DNA of 64,000 nucleotides from Eledone cirrhosa (lineage: Eukaryota). The translations under genes were made by a program, and so were the position numbers. This document shows positions 42,039 to 57,790 of this stretch, piece after piece. The first letter of the stretch is position 1, and every line of letters starts with the position of its first letter. The DNA is taken from the NCBI GenBank assembly GCA_964016885.1, contig OZ024742.1, positions 137,268,001-137,332,000 on the forward strand, in the 5' to 3' direction. The notes below the pieces were generated by a model. The model was not told where the DNA came from and did no database searches. It saw only the letters and a program-made list of their open reading frames with translations.

Positions 42039-43711
42039 AGTGTGCGTGTGCCAATACAAATTACTATCATAATTGTCGATTGCTTTAAATAATAGTTGAA
42101 AACTTCTGGGGAAAGACGAAGAGTACAAATATGCATGTGAATTATCGGACACACCTTCCCTCAAGGCGAGTGTCATACATTCCCTCTTTTTAAAATATGT
42201 TAAGCTTCCATTAGAAGAACCTTTTGACATAGGTATCATTGGAAAATGTATTAATTTAAAACGTGCTCTTCCCAAAGTAAAGAAGCATAATAGTCTATCG
42301 CGGGTTTTAGTGTAACGTTTAACACACTCCCTTAGCATACCAGAGATACGAAATTCGACTCTTAGAAGGTGCTTTGTAATCTTTTGTTTACGTTGACAAG
42401 GTTATTTTCCTGTTTGTTTCAACTATTATTCATAGCGAGCGATTATTACCAAGTTAGCGCATATTTCATCTAGCAATACTTCTTACATTAGTCAACTACA
42501 TTGTTAGTACACAGTCACATACATACATACATACATACATACATACATACATACATACATACATACATACATACATACATACATACATACATACATACAT
42601 ACATACTTAGAAATTACAAGTTCAATCCATTAATGGAAAAGTAAAAATATTTAAAATATTCCAAAAATTCTGCATCTAATAACTGCATATTTAACTGTAC
42701 AGATACAAAGCATACATACAGATACATGCACACATACAACCGAAAATATGCTCATCCACAAATACAATAACATCCATACCTGCACACACATGCATGCATG
42801 CAGACATGCATACATACCTACCTAGTTGATGTTATGTAAATTCCAATGAGAGAGTTTTGTATCTATGCTAGAAACCGACTCTCTCTCTATTGGGAAAAAA
42901 TTTGTGAAATTATAAAACCAGAAGAACATACATACATAGAAACATACAGACAGACAGAGAGACAGACAGACATACATGATGATGATGATGATGGCTGCAA
43001 CTCAATTTCGAGTAATCTCATCGCATGACACATAAGCATGAGCATAACGTACGTGGCTTCTTTGTTCTGCTTTGTTCATGTATTGCATACAAATGTCACA
43101 TATCAGGCGATGCTTGTGCTTGAAGATTTTTTCAGTGAGGTAAAGTTTTGCAAGTGGCCAATGCCACTCTCTGAACATCGAATGCATTTACCCAAATCAA
43201 TGCAAATGAAGTGGCGGTTTTCTATATGATTGACCTTCTTCTAGAGAATGTCTTAATATCAGCACACACATAAGCACACACATAAGTATGTATGCATAAT
43301 ATATATATAGCGGCCGCATTTAGTTTGTTCACTCCGATTTGTGGCAGAACGGAATCCCTGTTGATGAAATTAAACCTCTGTTCGATCATGGAATTCCACG
43401 AGCATGCGTGTTACGTAAGTTGGATTAATTATTTAGATTCAGAGAAACACTTTAGACGTAAATCGTTTAATTTGTCCAGGTGTATATTTTAACCTGTTAG
43501 TTCTTTCGTTACTTTGGTATTGTGTGGTTGGGTTTTCCTTACCGCAATGTTCAATTTGTCAAGATATTTAAACGTATGTTATTACTCTAAGGATCAACCC
43601 TTATTGAGTGCTTTGCTAACTCTTTCCTATTGTAGGTCGACTTTCTTGCCCACAGCCAAAGCTTCGATTTTACTAAGCTTCCACTTGTGTGTGTGTATAT
43701 ATATATATATA

Positions 43712-43889
43712 TACGATATTAACAAATGGAAACTATATTTATAAAACCATATTTATTTCATTATACATATTTGAAGGACACCAAGTTAAATTATGGTGTG
43801 CTTTCATCAGATAAAATATAATATAGATCAGTTTTATAAAAAAAATATTGACATACCCTTAAAGAATGCAACCATTACTGTTGGAAGCT

Positions 43890-43891
<2 letters not shown>
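43712..43891 (-). mobile_element. Solo pLTR, family H subfamily
   Basis: Matches the left arm of 40944-41124; HHR has CTGATGA but GAAA is mutated to CAAA. Confidence 0.85.
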
Positions 43892-43938
<47 letters not shown>

Positions 43939-44053
43939 CCCTTGACCTGCTGCAAAATCAAAACAAGATATTTTTGCGAGCAATGAACCTTGATGTGGAT
44001 TTAACCCCCAAAACTCTTTCCGAGCAATATAAGGAACACTTGTGATTATTTAT

Positions 44054-44093
44054 GCCCTTGAGAAGCCCAGCTGGGCGAAACGTACGTAGGTGC
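44054..44093 (+). ncRNA. HHR-like motif, family I, within a TA-flanked insert (43935-44148)
   Basis: gccc TTGAGAA gccc-agct-gggc GAAAC gtac GTA ggtgc, then AATAAA; non-canonical core. Confidence 0.6.
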
Positions 44094-44185
44094 TGTTTTA
44101 AATAAACATGTTTTAACGGTCTATTCTCCGATTTTTTACTTTCCCACGTATATATATATGTATATATATATATATGTATATATAT

Positions 44186-45052
<867 letters not shown>

Positions 45053-45053
45053 T

Positions 45054-45112
<59 letters not shown>

Positions 45113-45118
45113 ATGTGT

Positions 45119-45165
<47 letters not shown>

Positions 45166-45169
<4 letters not shown>

Positions 45170-45380
45170 GGCGCATGGCTGAGTGGTAAGAGAATTGGTT
45201 TCGCAATCGTGAGGTTGTAATTTCGATTCTCGGACCGGGTGATGCGTTATGTCCTTGAGCAAGCCACTTTATTTCACGTTGCTCCTTCTACCTGGAGTTG
45301 CGACCGATAGCTAGTATTAGCAATTGGAAAGACACGTGGAAACATTGTATCCTCGGTCCGATTTGACGAAAGTCGATTGA
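45166..45380 (+). mobile_element. Chimeric SINE (family 2 head plus distinct body)
   Basis: tgaaggcgcatggctgagtggtaaga (A-box)...ttcgattc (B-box); body shared with 29158-29345. Confidence 0.8.
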
Positions 45381-45581
45381 GTGAATGTATATATATATAT
45401 ATGCTAAACGTAAACGACAAAGCACACAACACAAGACAATCAAGAAATATATTGTATTGACGATTGATATAGTAGGAAAGGAGTATTTGGGTTAGGAAAC
45501 TAGATCTCCAGCAGAAGATTGAATGAAAAATAAAGATATATGTACATATATACATATACATGCGTCTCTATGTGTGTGCGT

Positions 45582-45630
<49 letters not shown>

Positions 45631-45653
45631 TGTGGGTGTGTGGGTGTGGGTGT

Positions 45654-45731
<78 letters not shown>

Positions 45732-46239
45732 ATGTGTGTGTTTGTGTGTATTGATATATATATATATATATATATATACAGAGAGAGACTGAGAAAGAGA
45801 GATAGAAAGTATGAGAAGGGATGAAAATATGATGCAGATAGTTAAGAATATACATAATACATAGGAAGATACGTTAATTCCGGATATATAGAAATTTACT
45901 TGTGTTCTTGACTTCACATTTGGGTATCATGTGTGTTAAACCATTCAAATACAACTAACACACATACACGCGTACGTACACTTACACACACATACTCATA
46001 CTCACACATATACACACACACAATCTCACCCTCTCTCTCTCACACACAAACACACCTGTAAAAATAGAAACACACAGACTTATACATAGATTATCACGTA
46101 CTCCACATAAGTACCCAAATAAGTAAACACACTTGATCAAAAATGTACAAGAAAAAAATGCAGTTTTTAGATATAAGATAATGTATTCATTTGGGATTCA
46201 GTCTCTGGTGAGACATATTCAAGAAATGTTTACTGTAAG

Positions 46240-46290
46240 AAAATCTGCTCCACCAAAGTAGAACTGTATATATGCATGCGTGTATGCAGT

Positions 46291-46354
<64 letters not shown>

Positions 46355-46405
46355 ACTGCATACACGCATGCATATATACATTTCTACTTTGGTGGAGCAG
46401 ATTTT
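46240..46405. repeat. Inverted duplication centred on a (TA)n array
   Basis: aaaatctgctccaccaaagtagaa.tgtatatatgcatgcgtgtatgcagttatg is mirrored across the TA run. Confidence 0.85.
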
Positions 46406-46424
46406 ATATATATATATATATATA

Positions 46425-46739
46425 TTTCGTTTCTGAATTTGTTTAGCAAGATTCTTTATCTGAAATCGTGTGTTGAAACCGATATTGTTATACTTTGGGA
46501 GGGTCATGTTGCCAATAAGAAACACACGCACCAGTTGATTTCACTTCAATTTATTATAATAAATTTATAATAAATTTATAAATTTATAAATTTCTGGTTG
46601 GTTGGTTGGTTCCACAACCAGATAATTGTTTATACATAGTCATAGTTCTTTCGTCACACACTCTGTGACCTCTTCAGTGACTGGGGATTCCTTTCTTTGT
46701 TTCTGTGCCTCTCCTTTGTTCTGTCCTACGCCATTTTGT

Positions 46740-46745
<6 letters not shown>
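46425..46745 (-). mobile_element. Single-arm family G element with HHR at 46638-46682
   Basis: Nearly identical to 36240-36560; flanked by (TA)n. Confidence 0.88.
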
Positions 46746-46798
<53 letters not shown>

Positions 46799-46916
46799 AA
46801 TATATATATATATATATATACATACATATATATATGAATATATGTATGTATATATATATATATATGTGTGTGTGTGTCTGTCTGTGTGTTTGTGTGTGTG
46901 TCTGTGTATATACACG

Positions 46917-46966
<50 letters not shown>

Positions 46967-46998
46967 AATACACGTGTGTTTGTGTCTGTTTATGTGCC

Positions 46999-47047
<49 letters not shown>

Positions 47048-48679
47048 AATCATACTCAAATACATATTCTCTTTTCCTTTAATATATTTTAGTTATACTC
47101 TGGCAATCTCATAATAATATTTCCAATCCATATTCAATGCTACTCTGCAAAATAGACGAAGTGAATCCATAAAATTCAACGTATTATTTTATGAATGTTC
47201 CTAAACTTCTAATAGAGAAGCTTTGTTTAGCTATAGCGACACACTCATTCCTCTCAGATAAAGCCATTGTTTTCATATTTACTTTATCGTTGTTTTATGT
47301 GTATTTTGTAGGGAAAAATAATATCTGACTAGTGTTAAGGAAACCTAGTAGCAACAGAACAACAATGCCATTTTTCTGTGTGTACAAGGAGAATCAGTAG
47401 AGTGTCATCAATGATATTTTGTGTAATGTAGTTATATTCTTTTTATACTTTGATTTCAATTCGAGCCCAATCCTATTATTGCATACCAGTAATTCAAGTA
47501 TAGACAGCAAATAATGGGGCAGCCGTGGAAATACAGGGCAAGAAGACGGTTATTGTGGAGAATAAATAGAGTCGAGAAGAGGCAGAAGGAAGAGAAACAT
47601 TGAAAGAAGCAGATTGCGTAGATTTTGTTCAAAGTGTTGAGATAAAGGGGAAAAAACTATATGTAAAATGATGAGGTTGAGTTACTTTGAGATGAGGCAC
47701 TCAATACTTTGGGTAGCAGATTTTGTGGTGTACGTTGATGTTGGAGCTGTGTTAAATATAGCTCGTGGAGGGAGGAAATAAAGGCGTAGGTAAAATTGGT
47801 AAATGATGGTTGAAGTAAATTGATGGTTGTAAGGCTGAAGAGTAGGAGTTAGAAGAATGCGGGCTTACTAATCTCTGGGGGCTCCACAGACATATAGGGC
47901 TCAATCCTTCGATCGACACTGGCTCTATCCTTGTAAACCGGTTTGGTCATGGTATCATATGTGCATCAGTGCAAACAGAAAATTGATATTCTGACACGGG
48001 TATTATTGAAATGCTGGACACTCCGACGAAACCAAAATATTTCAATGTGCAATAGGAACAATTTACAGATTAGCCCATGACATTAACAGGACTTGGATCG
48101 GATATCCAATGGTATAGTTGGCAGCCCAGATCCGTGAAACCATACTGATTGTTTGATACTGGGTTTGATACACTGAAGAAGGCTCACTGCTTCACTTTTA
48201 CAATAATTGTTCATATTCTAGTCTAGAAATTGATGCTAAACATTGTGAGGGGTGTGAAAATAACAGATCAATTAATGAGAGCACTGAGCTACACAGTTTG
48301 ATCTGCGACAGATTATTGTTGAGTCGTTGAGAGATCTAAGATTGACGATTGAAGAAAGGTGGTTGCGTTAAGAGTTGGATGAGAGGATTTGTGAGAGAAG
48401 AATATGTGACAGAGGATAAGCAGATTCCAATGAGATAGACGAAAGTGTGCTAAATAGAGGTGTCATGAATATGTGGGAGTGAATTTATGAGATATTGAAG
48501 GAGTGAGAGCAATGCGGAGCGTAGCAGAGACGGTGCAATCTGGTGCAGCCGCGGGTTGGGGTAGAGGATTGTGACAAATTGTAGGTTCTTAGTTTAATCA
48601 GAAAGTCAAAATTATAATGTTTGAGATGATGAATGAAATGTATGATAGAATGGGTGAGGAGTGCTAAGCATACAGTGGA

Positions 48680-48869
<190 letters not shown>

Positions 48870-50659
48870 GATATTAATAAATGGAAACTATATTTATAAA
48901 ACCATATTTATTTCATTATACATATTTCAAGGATACCAAATTAAATTATGGTTTGCCTTCATCAGACAAAATACAATATATAACAGTTTTACAAATAAGC
49001 TTTGACGTAACCTTTTAAAATGTAACCATTATTTTTGGAAGCCATCCGGATAGCGAGTTGTTTATATTATTTTAATAAGTCATAGTGTTAAGGACAATTG
49101 GAAAAAGACGGAGAGAGAGAAAGAAAAAACGTGGAGAAATATCGGAGAGAGAGAAATGCATGGAGAAAAAAGAAAGAGATAAATAAAGACGGGAGGAAAG
49201 AAAGAAAAAAAAGGAAGAAATAAGAAAAACAGAGGAAAGCAACGGAGAGATATTAAGTCATCAGACAGATAGAAAAACTCAAGAGAGAGAAATATTATAT
49301 AGAGAGGGGGGGGAGATAATGAAAACTTTACGTCATGTCATATTAAGTTGAGTTAACAATTTATATGAAATGAATAATAAAAATATAAATATTAATATTC
49401 ATGAATGGGACATAAATATATAATATGAGAAATTAAACATTGTTTAATAATGACTATATGTTTAGTTTAAAACTTGAGATCAATATACCAAAATTTGGGT
49501 TTAATCATCCAAAATGTACACATTGCTAGAGAAATCAGTATCTTAGGCAAAGACATATATATATATATTCGCACGTCCTGAAAATAGAAATTATATTTAC
49601 TCAAGTCAACAATATAGACATACAAAACGCAGACGATTTCTCTTAATCACTGCTATACATTCCTTGTGTTATAAAAAGTTCACAGTATATATACATAAAT
49701 ATATACGATTAACATTCATGTCTTCATATATACGATTACCATTCATGCATTTAACATTCTGTTAAAATTATACATATCTGCAATCAAAACTGCGTGGTTA
49801 GGCAACATATCGCTTACCCACACACATACATATACATATATATATATACACATATATAAATAAATATTTGCGTCTTCCCGCATCGCTCATGTATACATAC
49901 AGACATATATACAATCATAAAAAACCTATATCACTTTTATATGCATGTTAATACACACATACACATTTGTATAGAGATAATCAAATATCAATATATTACT
50001 AAGGATTATACTTTGGAAATATAATTATAACAATATAAATTTAAAATACCAAAAGATTATATTTTGGAAATACAATTATATCGGTATAGTCAAAAGGACA
50101 AACGAATTCTAGAAATATCAAAGCATTAAATATCTTTAAAACACTATAGAGTATCTTAAGTTAAAATAATATGTTTCATATATTTAGTATAGAAATTTAT
50201 CCTACGTATATTTTAATCAAGATATGGAAAGGGTAGACTTATGAAAATTATGAGAAGCTATCAGAATCAAAACAAAACTAATAAAAACAAATAAAAATTA
50301 AAATTAAAATTAAAATCAAAATAAAAGTTAAATAAATATTATATCAATATAATTTAAAATTGAAAAATTGAAAAATTTAAAAAATTTAAAAAAGTTTAAA
50401 AAATTTAAAAATTCAAAAATTTAAAAGATTTAAAAAACCCAAGGATTCTACAGATATCCTTATATTTAGTATAGAAATTTATCTTACGTATATTTTATTT
50501 AAGACATTGAAGTATAGACATTTTCGAGTAGTTTATTATATCTATGTTTATATTTAGGAAGAAAGTTTAAAAAGAAAAAGGTGAAGGAATCTAATGATTT
50601 ATCGACAGGTTTCATATATTAACTAAATTACTTAATTAATTATACTACATTTTAAATTT

Positions 50660-51295
50660 ATATTTATATTTAAACGTTGAGTTCAATCTATGTCTGCAGC
50701 AACTGAATAAATTGTTCCTTAAATTAAGGGAATGTTTGGACTTTAATATAAAGAATATTTCTTCAATACAAAGATTACAATTTTCTGAAGAGGAATTAAA
50801 AGGAGTAGCTTATGAATTAATATTCCAAGTCATCGAATATTTAACATTATCTCGTTTTAGGTCCCATAGTAGGCTAGATAGCGAAGTTGAAGATTTTTTG
50901 TTTGGATCTGTGAAAGAATTTTTATGATTATTGAAGCGAAATTTAAATTCTGTAGAGGTAGAACCAACATAGTTAAATGAATTTAAATTAGTTTTAACAT
51001 TACAATTGTACACTACATTTTTAGCTAAGCAGTTGTTATTTAACGGACAGTTAGATTTATTTCTACAGTTACAGTTATTCAATTGAATATTGGTTGGGTT
51101 ATTATTGGTATTTTGGTTAGGTTTTAAATTTCTATTATTAATTCTATTAATATTTTGTGCTAAATTTTTGGTGGACGAGTAAGTTAATTTTATAGTGTGT
51201 CTATTAAAAATTGAGTAATATTTATGTGTTGTAGGGAAGCGTTTGTCAAGAGCTTTAAAGAATAGTTTAGCAATAGGGGTTTTAATATTTAGTGT
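50660..51295 (-). pseudogene. PLE RT-thumb/linker and GIY-YIG endonuclease, one in-frame TAA
   Basis: KRFPTTHKYYSIFNRHTIKLTYS...CNCRNKSNCPLNNNCL...VVY...YVGSTSTEFKFRFNNHKNSF...WNINS*...CNLCIEE...CRHR. Confidence 0.9.
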
Positions 51296-51366
51296 TGGCT
51301 TCCAAAAATAATGGTTGCATTTTAAAAGGGTACGTCAAAGCTTATTTGTAAAACTGTTATATATTG

Positions 51367-51431
51367 TATTTTGTCTGATGAAGGCATACCATAATTTAAT
51401 TTGGTATCCCTGAAATATGTATAATGAAATA
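51367..51431 (+). ncRNA. Hammerhead ribozyme, family H (mirror at about 48909-48973, -)
   Basis: tattttgt CTGATGA agg-c-atacca...tggtat-ccct GAAA tatgta TA atgaaata. Confidence 0.8.
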
Positions 51432-51559
51432 AATATGGTTTTATAAATATAGTTTCCATTTATTAATATCGTATATCTACTCCAAATACTTGTCGAGTGC
51501 TTTATATCAGTTATAAAAATATTTACTTGTTGTATCCCAACAATTTTAAATAGAACTTT

Positions 51560-51611
<52 letters not shown>

Positions 51612-52229
51612 ATTATGATTTAATGAAACTATTTAAATCTCGTGATTATCAAAACATGCCGGAGGAACTCAAATTGTATATATATATGGTATGATTAATT
51701 AATATAATCTGACGTGAGATGTGTGTCAATGGATTAGATCGAGACCACATGATATTGTAACATACCTAAAACGCTTTTCTAAATAAAAGTATGGTATTTC
51801 ATATAATATTTGTAGTCATAAAAGCTCTTTAGTAAAATGTAATTCTGAAGTCATATGTCATCTTCATTCAATTTGCAAACTTGTGTTCATGACGTGTTTG
51901 AAAAGAAAGTTCCATTGCAAGTTGAATATCAATGGAGTTGTAATATCAAACATTCAATATTATTCTCAGACGAAATTCACAGGGTAGATGCGGAATATTT
52001 TCACATTAACGTTGGAACACAAAATGATCCCTACATATACTAAAATATATATCTGTGCCTGAATGTATTTTCGTCTGCCCAGAATACGTTTGATTTTGTA
52101 GTTAGTCTCCCGTATCCGGTTTACATTTCTAATAAAATAGTCGCCCAATGACTATATATCCAAATAAATTATCAAAAGAAAATCTTTGCAAAAATGTAAT
52201 TCATAAGTTGATTAATCATTAAATAATTG

Positions 52230-52440
52230 GTTTTACAATTGGCACAAGGTCAGCATTTTGAAAGGAAGGCGAAAGTCGATTAAATCCACGCTAGTACTTT
52301 AGTGTTACTTTATTTTATCGGCCCCGTAAGGATGATAGGCAAAGCTAACCTCAGCAGGATCTGACCTCAGATTTTAAATGTCCGTAACTATACACTGCAA
52401 ATGATTTTGTCCGACGCTCTAATGATTTTGCCAGTCTAGT
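52230..52440 (-). mobile_element. SINE family 1
   Basis: ttttatcggccccgtaaggatga.aggcaaag.taacctc...tccgacgctctaatgattttgcca. Confidence 0.75.
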
Positions 52441-53954
52441 GCGCATATTAATCATGTATAAAGAGGAAATGACGGATTAGAATGTTCCAGAACTCTGAGA
52501 TATACAAACGTAGTCATTAGAAACGCCTATATATTTAATAAAGACATTGTAGTTAGACACAAATATTATTTTAGCCAAACATAGAATTTCGTTAATTAAT
52601 GTGTGATGTACTATTTCAAGAATTGCATACTACACATTTCAGAGGCGAAGAAGAAACCGAACCAAAATGTAAAGAACATGACTGTTGAGACTAGCTCTGT
52701 ATAAATGTTCCTAACTGTACTGTCACGACCTCACATCCGTGAATTATGTTATATACACACACACACACACGTAGGACTGCTGAATTTTCTAATCTACCAG
52801 TCTCTTCTTAGCGCTGAGGGAGACCATCACCATTCTATTAATGTCGATATAATTCTTATATCGATATTATTTGGGCATCCACTGATCAGTTTATAAGAGC
52901 CCGCTTGTGTATAAAACTATGGATTATATACAAGTTTCTACATAACCTGTAAATTATTTATCCCAAATTGTAGAAATATTATAACGAAACGGCCGTCTGG
53001 AAGGAAAGAGATATTTATTTAATAATGTCTCATATAAAATAATACAACCAGCTATCCACGAAATACTGATTAGTTAGCATCCAAAACACTAAATTGGGAT
53101 AATACTTAAGTATATCCTAATGTTTGTTGAGTGAGATGGAGTTGGTCGGAGTATTGCTTAAGGCTTTCTCTGTTTATGTATTGAATATATATATATATAT
53201 TAAACTCGAATTAATCTTTTTAACTGAACCAGAAAGAAAATTTACATTAGTACATGCGGGATTCGTACCCACACTGTCATGACTGTCGGGCTGATGATGA
53301 TGATGATGATGATGATATATATATATATATGGTGGGTGGGGGGTGTATAAGTAGCTGTATAAAGAAAACATAGCAAAGGCACACTTGCAAACATTTGTGA
53401 TTTCGAAGATTTAACGTGTCTATATCAATTTCTATGAATTGTAATTTGTAGTACTATATTTCTCTATGGTTTCTTTTTTTAAATTGCTATTTCTTAACAG
53501 AGAGATAGCAAGGAAATTAATGAGCACTGTAGAAAAATGGATTAAGCAAGCTGTATTTGCGAAATAAAGAATATAAAGTTATATCATATATACTCTATAC
53601 ATATTTAAACATTCTACAATCCATTAATGCGTTCAATTTTTAAATGTTCAACATTAATATCTTTCTCATGTGGATTGTGACATCTCAACAGATGTGCCCT
53701 CTTCTACCCTAAGCACGTTTTAGTTGAGGCTTACGTGCATACAATACTTTGCATAACACTTATAAATTTACGAAAGCATTGTGAATATATGACTAAAGGT
53801 GTCAATAACTATATTTTACACTCGCATACATATTTACACACACACTCATATACATAATATATATAAACATGTATGTATATAAATATATATATCCAGTTAT
53901 ATATAAATGTGTGTGTGTGTATCTGTGCGTGTATGCGAGTGAATTTGTTAATAT

Positions 53955-54250
53955 TCTAGGGCGGGTAAAATTCCCGAGATCCATGGACGAGTTATCTCCA
54001 GCGGTCTCTGTCCCTCATTATCGCTGCCATATCCTGTGTCTCCAACATGCCTTGGGGCATCAACATACGCTAGCCTTGGTCTTCATCTCCCAGTGTGTCT
54101 ATGTAGGGGCTCGCACAGGAGCACTGAGTGCAATGTCCACTCTGGATGTCGGTGAGCATGTCCAGCTAACCTCAGTCTCCTCTGTGTCACTTTTGAGCTG
54201 ACTTTTGGGAGGCTCCCATACAGTTCTGAGTTTTTCATCCTTAGTGTATA
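53955..54250 (-). pseudogene. RTE-type LINE ORF C-terminal fragment
   Basis: MKNSELYGSLPKVSSKVTQRRLRLAGHAHRH...LLCEPLH...GR*RPRLAYVD. Confidence 0.8.
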
Positions 54251-54257
54251 CTGATTA

Positions 54258-54710
54258 ATGTTTGGGAGAGTTAAGGCGAAAAAGATATCGGATGCTGAAT
54301 TTGCCGACGACATAGTTTTGGTGACAAATACAGTGAAGGAGGCAGAGGATTTGCTGCAGGAAGTTGAGAGTGTGTCGATGAGTGTGGGGCTGAGAATGAA
54401 TGAGACTAAAAAAAAATATCTGGTAGAGAATGTTGAGAAGCAAGAGGGGATCACTAATGTAGGCGGGAAGCCGTTAGAATTGGTTGAGGACTTCCTGTAT
54501 TTGGGAGCAAAGATTGGGAATACGGAAGATGATGTGGTTTAGAGGAAGCGCAAAGCCTGGTCGGAGTGCCACAGCTTGAGATCGGTGTGGAAGTCGGACC
54601 TTCGTAAAGACTGAAAATCCCCCACTGCATTTGCTCAGTGGAGTCTGTGCTGTACGGGTCTGAGACTTGCACACTGACCAAGAATCTCACTCAGATGGTG
54701 GATGGGTGCT
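54258..54710 (+). pseudogene. RTE-type LINE RT fragment, inverted relative to its 3' end
   Basis: ISDAEFADDIVL...VGLRMNETK...VEDFLYLG...VESVLYGSETCTLTK. Confidence 0.88.
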
Positions 54711-54949
54711 TGTTAATATATATATATACATATATATATATACATTTAAATATAAACATTTAAATATAAAGTGATTTCTAGCATAGGCACAAGCCACGAA
54801 TGTTTGGAGAGGGAACAGTCTTTCGAGGTCGACAAATATCATGCCTCGTACTTAGCTCCATAATACGGGAAATTTACTAATGTACCGAAGTACGTTAAAG
54901 TATTCTGTCCGGTGGAGCTGCTGCTAATCTGAGAATTCTAAAGTCTGTT

Positions 54950-55200
54950 TCAAGCCTGGGGGCTCATCGAGCGGTTGCTTACCACGGTGTATGTGGCATT
55001 AAGCGACTGTGAGTACATGACTCCCCACTGAGCTGAACAAGACCAGTTCATCGCAAGGTTAATCCCCCAGCTACTGCTGTTACTCATTTTCAACTGAGTA
55101 TAATGGAGTAACATGAAATGATGTGTCTTGCTCAAGACCACAACACACAACCCAGTCCAGGAATTGAACTCACGACATTATATTCGTGAGTCCAGCACCA
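54950..55200 (-). mobile_element. SINE family 2 relative
   Basis: Minus-strand B-box gagttcaattcc, then gtcttgagcaagacac.tcatttcatgttactcca. Confidence 0.7.
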
Positions 55201-56985
55201 TTAAAATTATTTATTCTAATACTAATCCTAATACATATAAACTTTCATATTGATCCCAGGTTGTTTATATTTCTAATTATTTTTATTCATTCCTGTTGAG
55301 ATCGAACATATGTTAATATATTGATGTGAATAGATTTTATAATTTTCAGAATACTTGTTTAATACAACGGGAAAGGCGGTCTCTACCAACATACTAATTC
55401 CTCATTTTATAGAATAAATATCGTTCCCAGATTTTGAGAAATAAACATTTATATAGTGACATTTTGAGTATAATGTAGTTGTGATAAAATGACAGCAAAG
55501 AATAATAAGAGAATACAGAATGTACTCTACGTTCTATGTGAAACAGAAGACAAAAACAATATTATTGCCAGCCGTATATGAAGAGAATGGTTAATGTCTA
55601 TGAAATATTAAGTTCGTAAGAGACATGACATGGCAGCCAATGCAATTCAAAATGTAATTTGACAAAGAACTAAGTTTTCAGCAAAGACAACCGAACTGAT
55701 AATTGAAAATGATAGATTTTCAAAGAACTGGTGGAAGTTAGAAAGAGACATTGAAAAACAAGTAATGACAAAACTCGCTTGACATTATTATTTGGGAAAT
55801 CAAATTGAAATACATGTTCTATTCGAGTAATTGTTGGCATACTTGATGTCATTTATAAGAAAAGAGAGTGTCACACAAAACAAAATATTATTAATGGATA
55901 ACAAATAAGAAAATTTACAAGAAAAATAACCATGCTATAAATAAATTCTGCTTTGAACCATACGTATAATACAACAAAATCTAGCAAATCAAGTGGAGCT
56001 CAATTTTTCACACGTTTTCACATATCCTTTTTCTTCTCTCCTCGATCTCAACACACATTTTTTATTGGTTTCAGGCATTCGAAGACGGCCAAATTGGAAT
56101 TAATTGGTAGAAGTAAAAAACAGATACGTTGATACACACACGTACATGTTTATATATACCACTACATTCCACACAGTTTCCTTTTACTATATTTCACTTA
56201 TAAGTCATTCGTCAATCTGAAGTTTTTTTATTTCATTCTCTCTTATAAATATATGATCTCCTTTTCCATTGCTTTGCCTCAATTCTTTTTCATTTAATTT
56301 CTCCAAGATCTTGCTCAACTCTTGTAGTAAGTAATTATGAACGGCCGTTTATTTGCCAAAATGAGTTAGCGCTATGGTGTAAATACTTTCATACGATATC
56401 TTTAATCAATATTTATATTAACTCTCAATACATCTCTAATATGGTGTGTTTATTTGGTGGTAGGGCTAAAACAAAATATGTTGTTTTTTTTAATATTCCC
56501 TTAGACTACATTTATTTGTTTTACTTCCTCTCCCTCTCAGTTCATTATATATCTCTTATATTAATTATTGCTAGCCTGACTAACAGATGCAGCCTTATGA
56601 CACGGCAAAATAGTGTCATTTGGAGTCTTGTCTGATGTCACACGTGACGTCATAGATGTTATTGGATTGCATTTTTTCGAAAAACATTTTGGCTTCCTTG
56701 ATTTAATGTGAAATAATTAATCATTGCTGAAAATTCGCTCTAGTATAATTTCATTCTATCTATATAGTATAGAATAGCAGAAGTAATCTATGATTTATAG
56801 CATATAAACTTGACATTATCAGTTTACAACTAAAAAATGTACCTGCATATTTCGATTTGAAACTGCTTAGTAAAACATAGAAAAATGAACATAACAATAT
56901 TCGTGTTATTTTAAGCACCCAGAACGCCATTTTCACTTATACTTAAAGACACTAGCAAATTAAATAAGTACGACACAGAATATAT

Positions 56986-57066
<81 letters not shown>

Positions 57067-57257
57067 AAAAGTTGAAAATTGCAAACTCGACTGTCACCAC
57101 ATATTATGAACCTGAAGATTGCGAAAGCATGAAAGTACTTGTTCAATTAACACTTAGAATTTAATATTCTATCATACTATTTCATTATAATACCATTATA
57201 TATTTTAAAGGATTGTAAATAAAACGAGTAAATCAGACAAAGTTGGAATTCCTCTTA

Positions 57258-57321
<64 letters not shown>

Positions 57322-57429
57322 GTCATTTTCAGCAGATTGTCTATGTCGAAGAGCTGGAGCTGTCCGTTTTCCCGTTTCTTTCCTACTGACTTGCTACTTT
57401 GCAATCCTATTTTGAGTATATATATATAA

Positions 57430-57531
<102 letters not shown>

Positions 57532-57751
57532 TATAAAAGTTGTGAATTACCATTTTATGTAAGACAGTTACTTTTCCTACCATTTTTCTTAAGCCTTGTA
57601 TTTTCACAAAATATATTCTTTCATCGATGATTGAGCAGCAAGGTTAATATTATTGTGTATTGATCTGAATTCCTGTTATATATATGCCTATACACACGTG
57701 AACACACACACACACACACATACACACACAGACACACACAGACACACACTA

Positions 57752-57786
<35 letters not shown>

Positions 57787-57790
<4 letters not shown>

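Noticed and set aside
48170-48240. CTGAAGA followed by a distant GAAA
   Set aside because: No convincing stems I-III; the 47380-48680 region remains unidentified.
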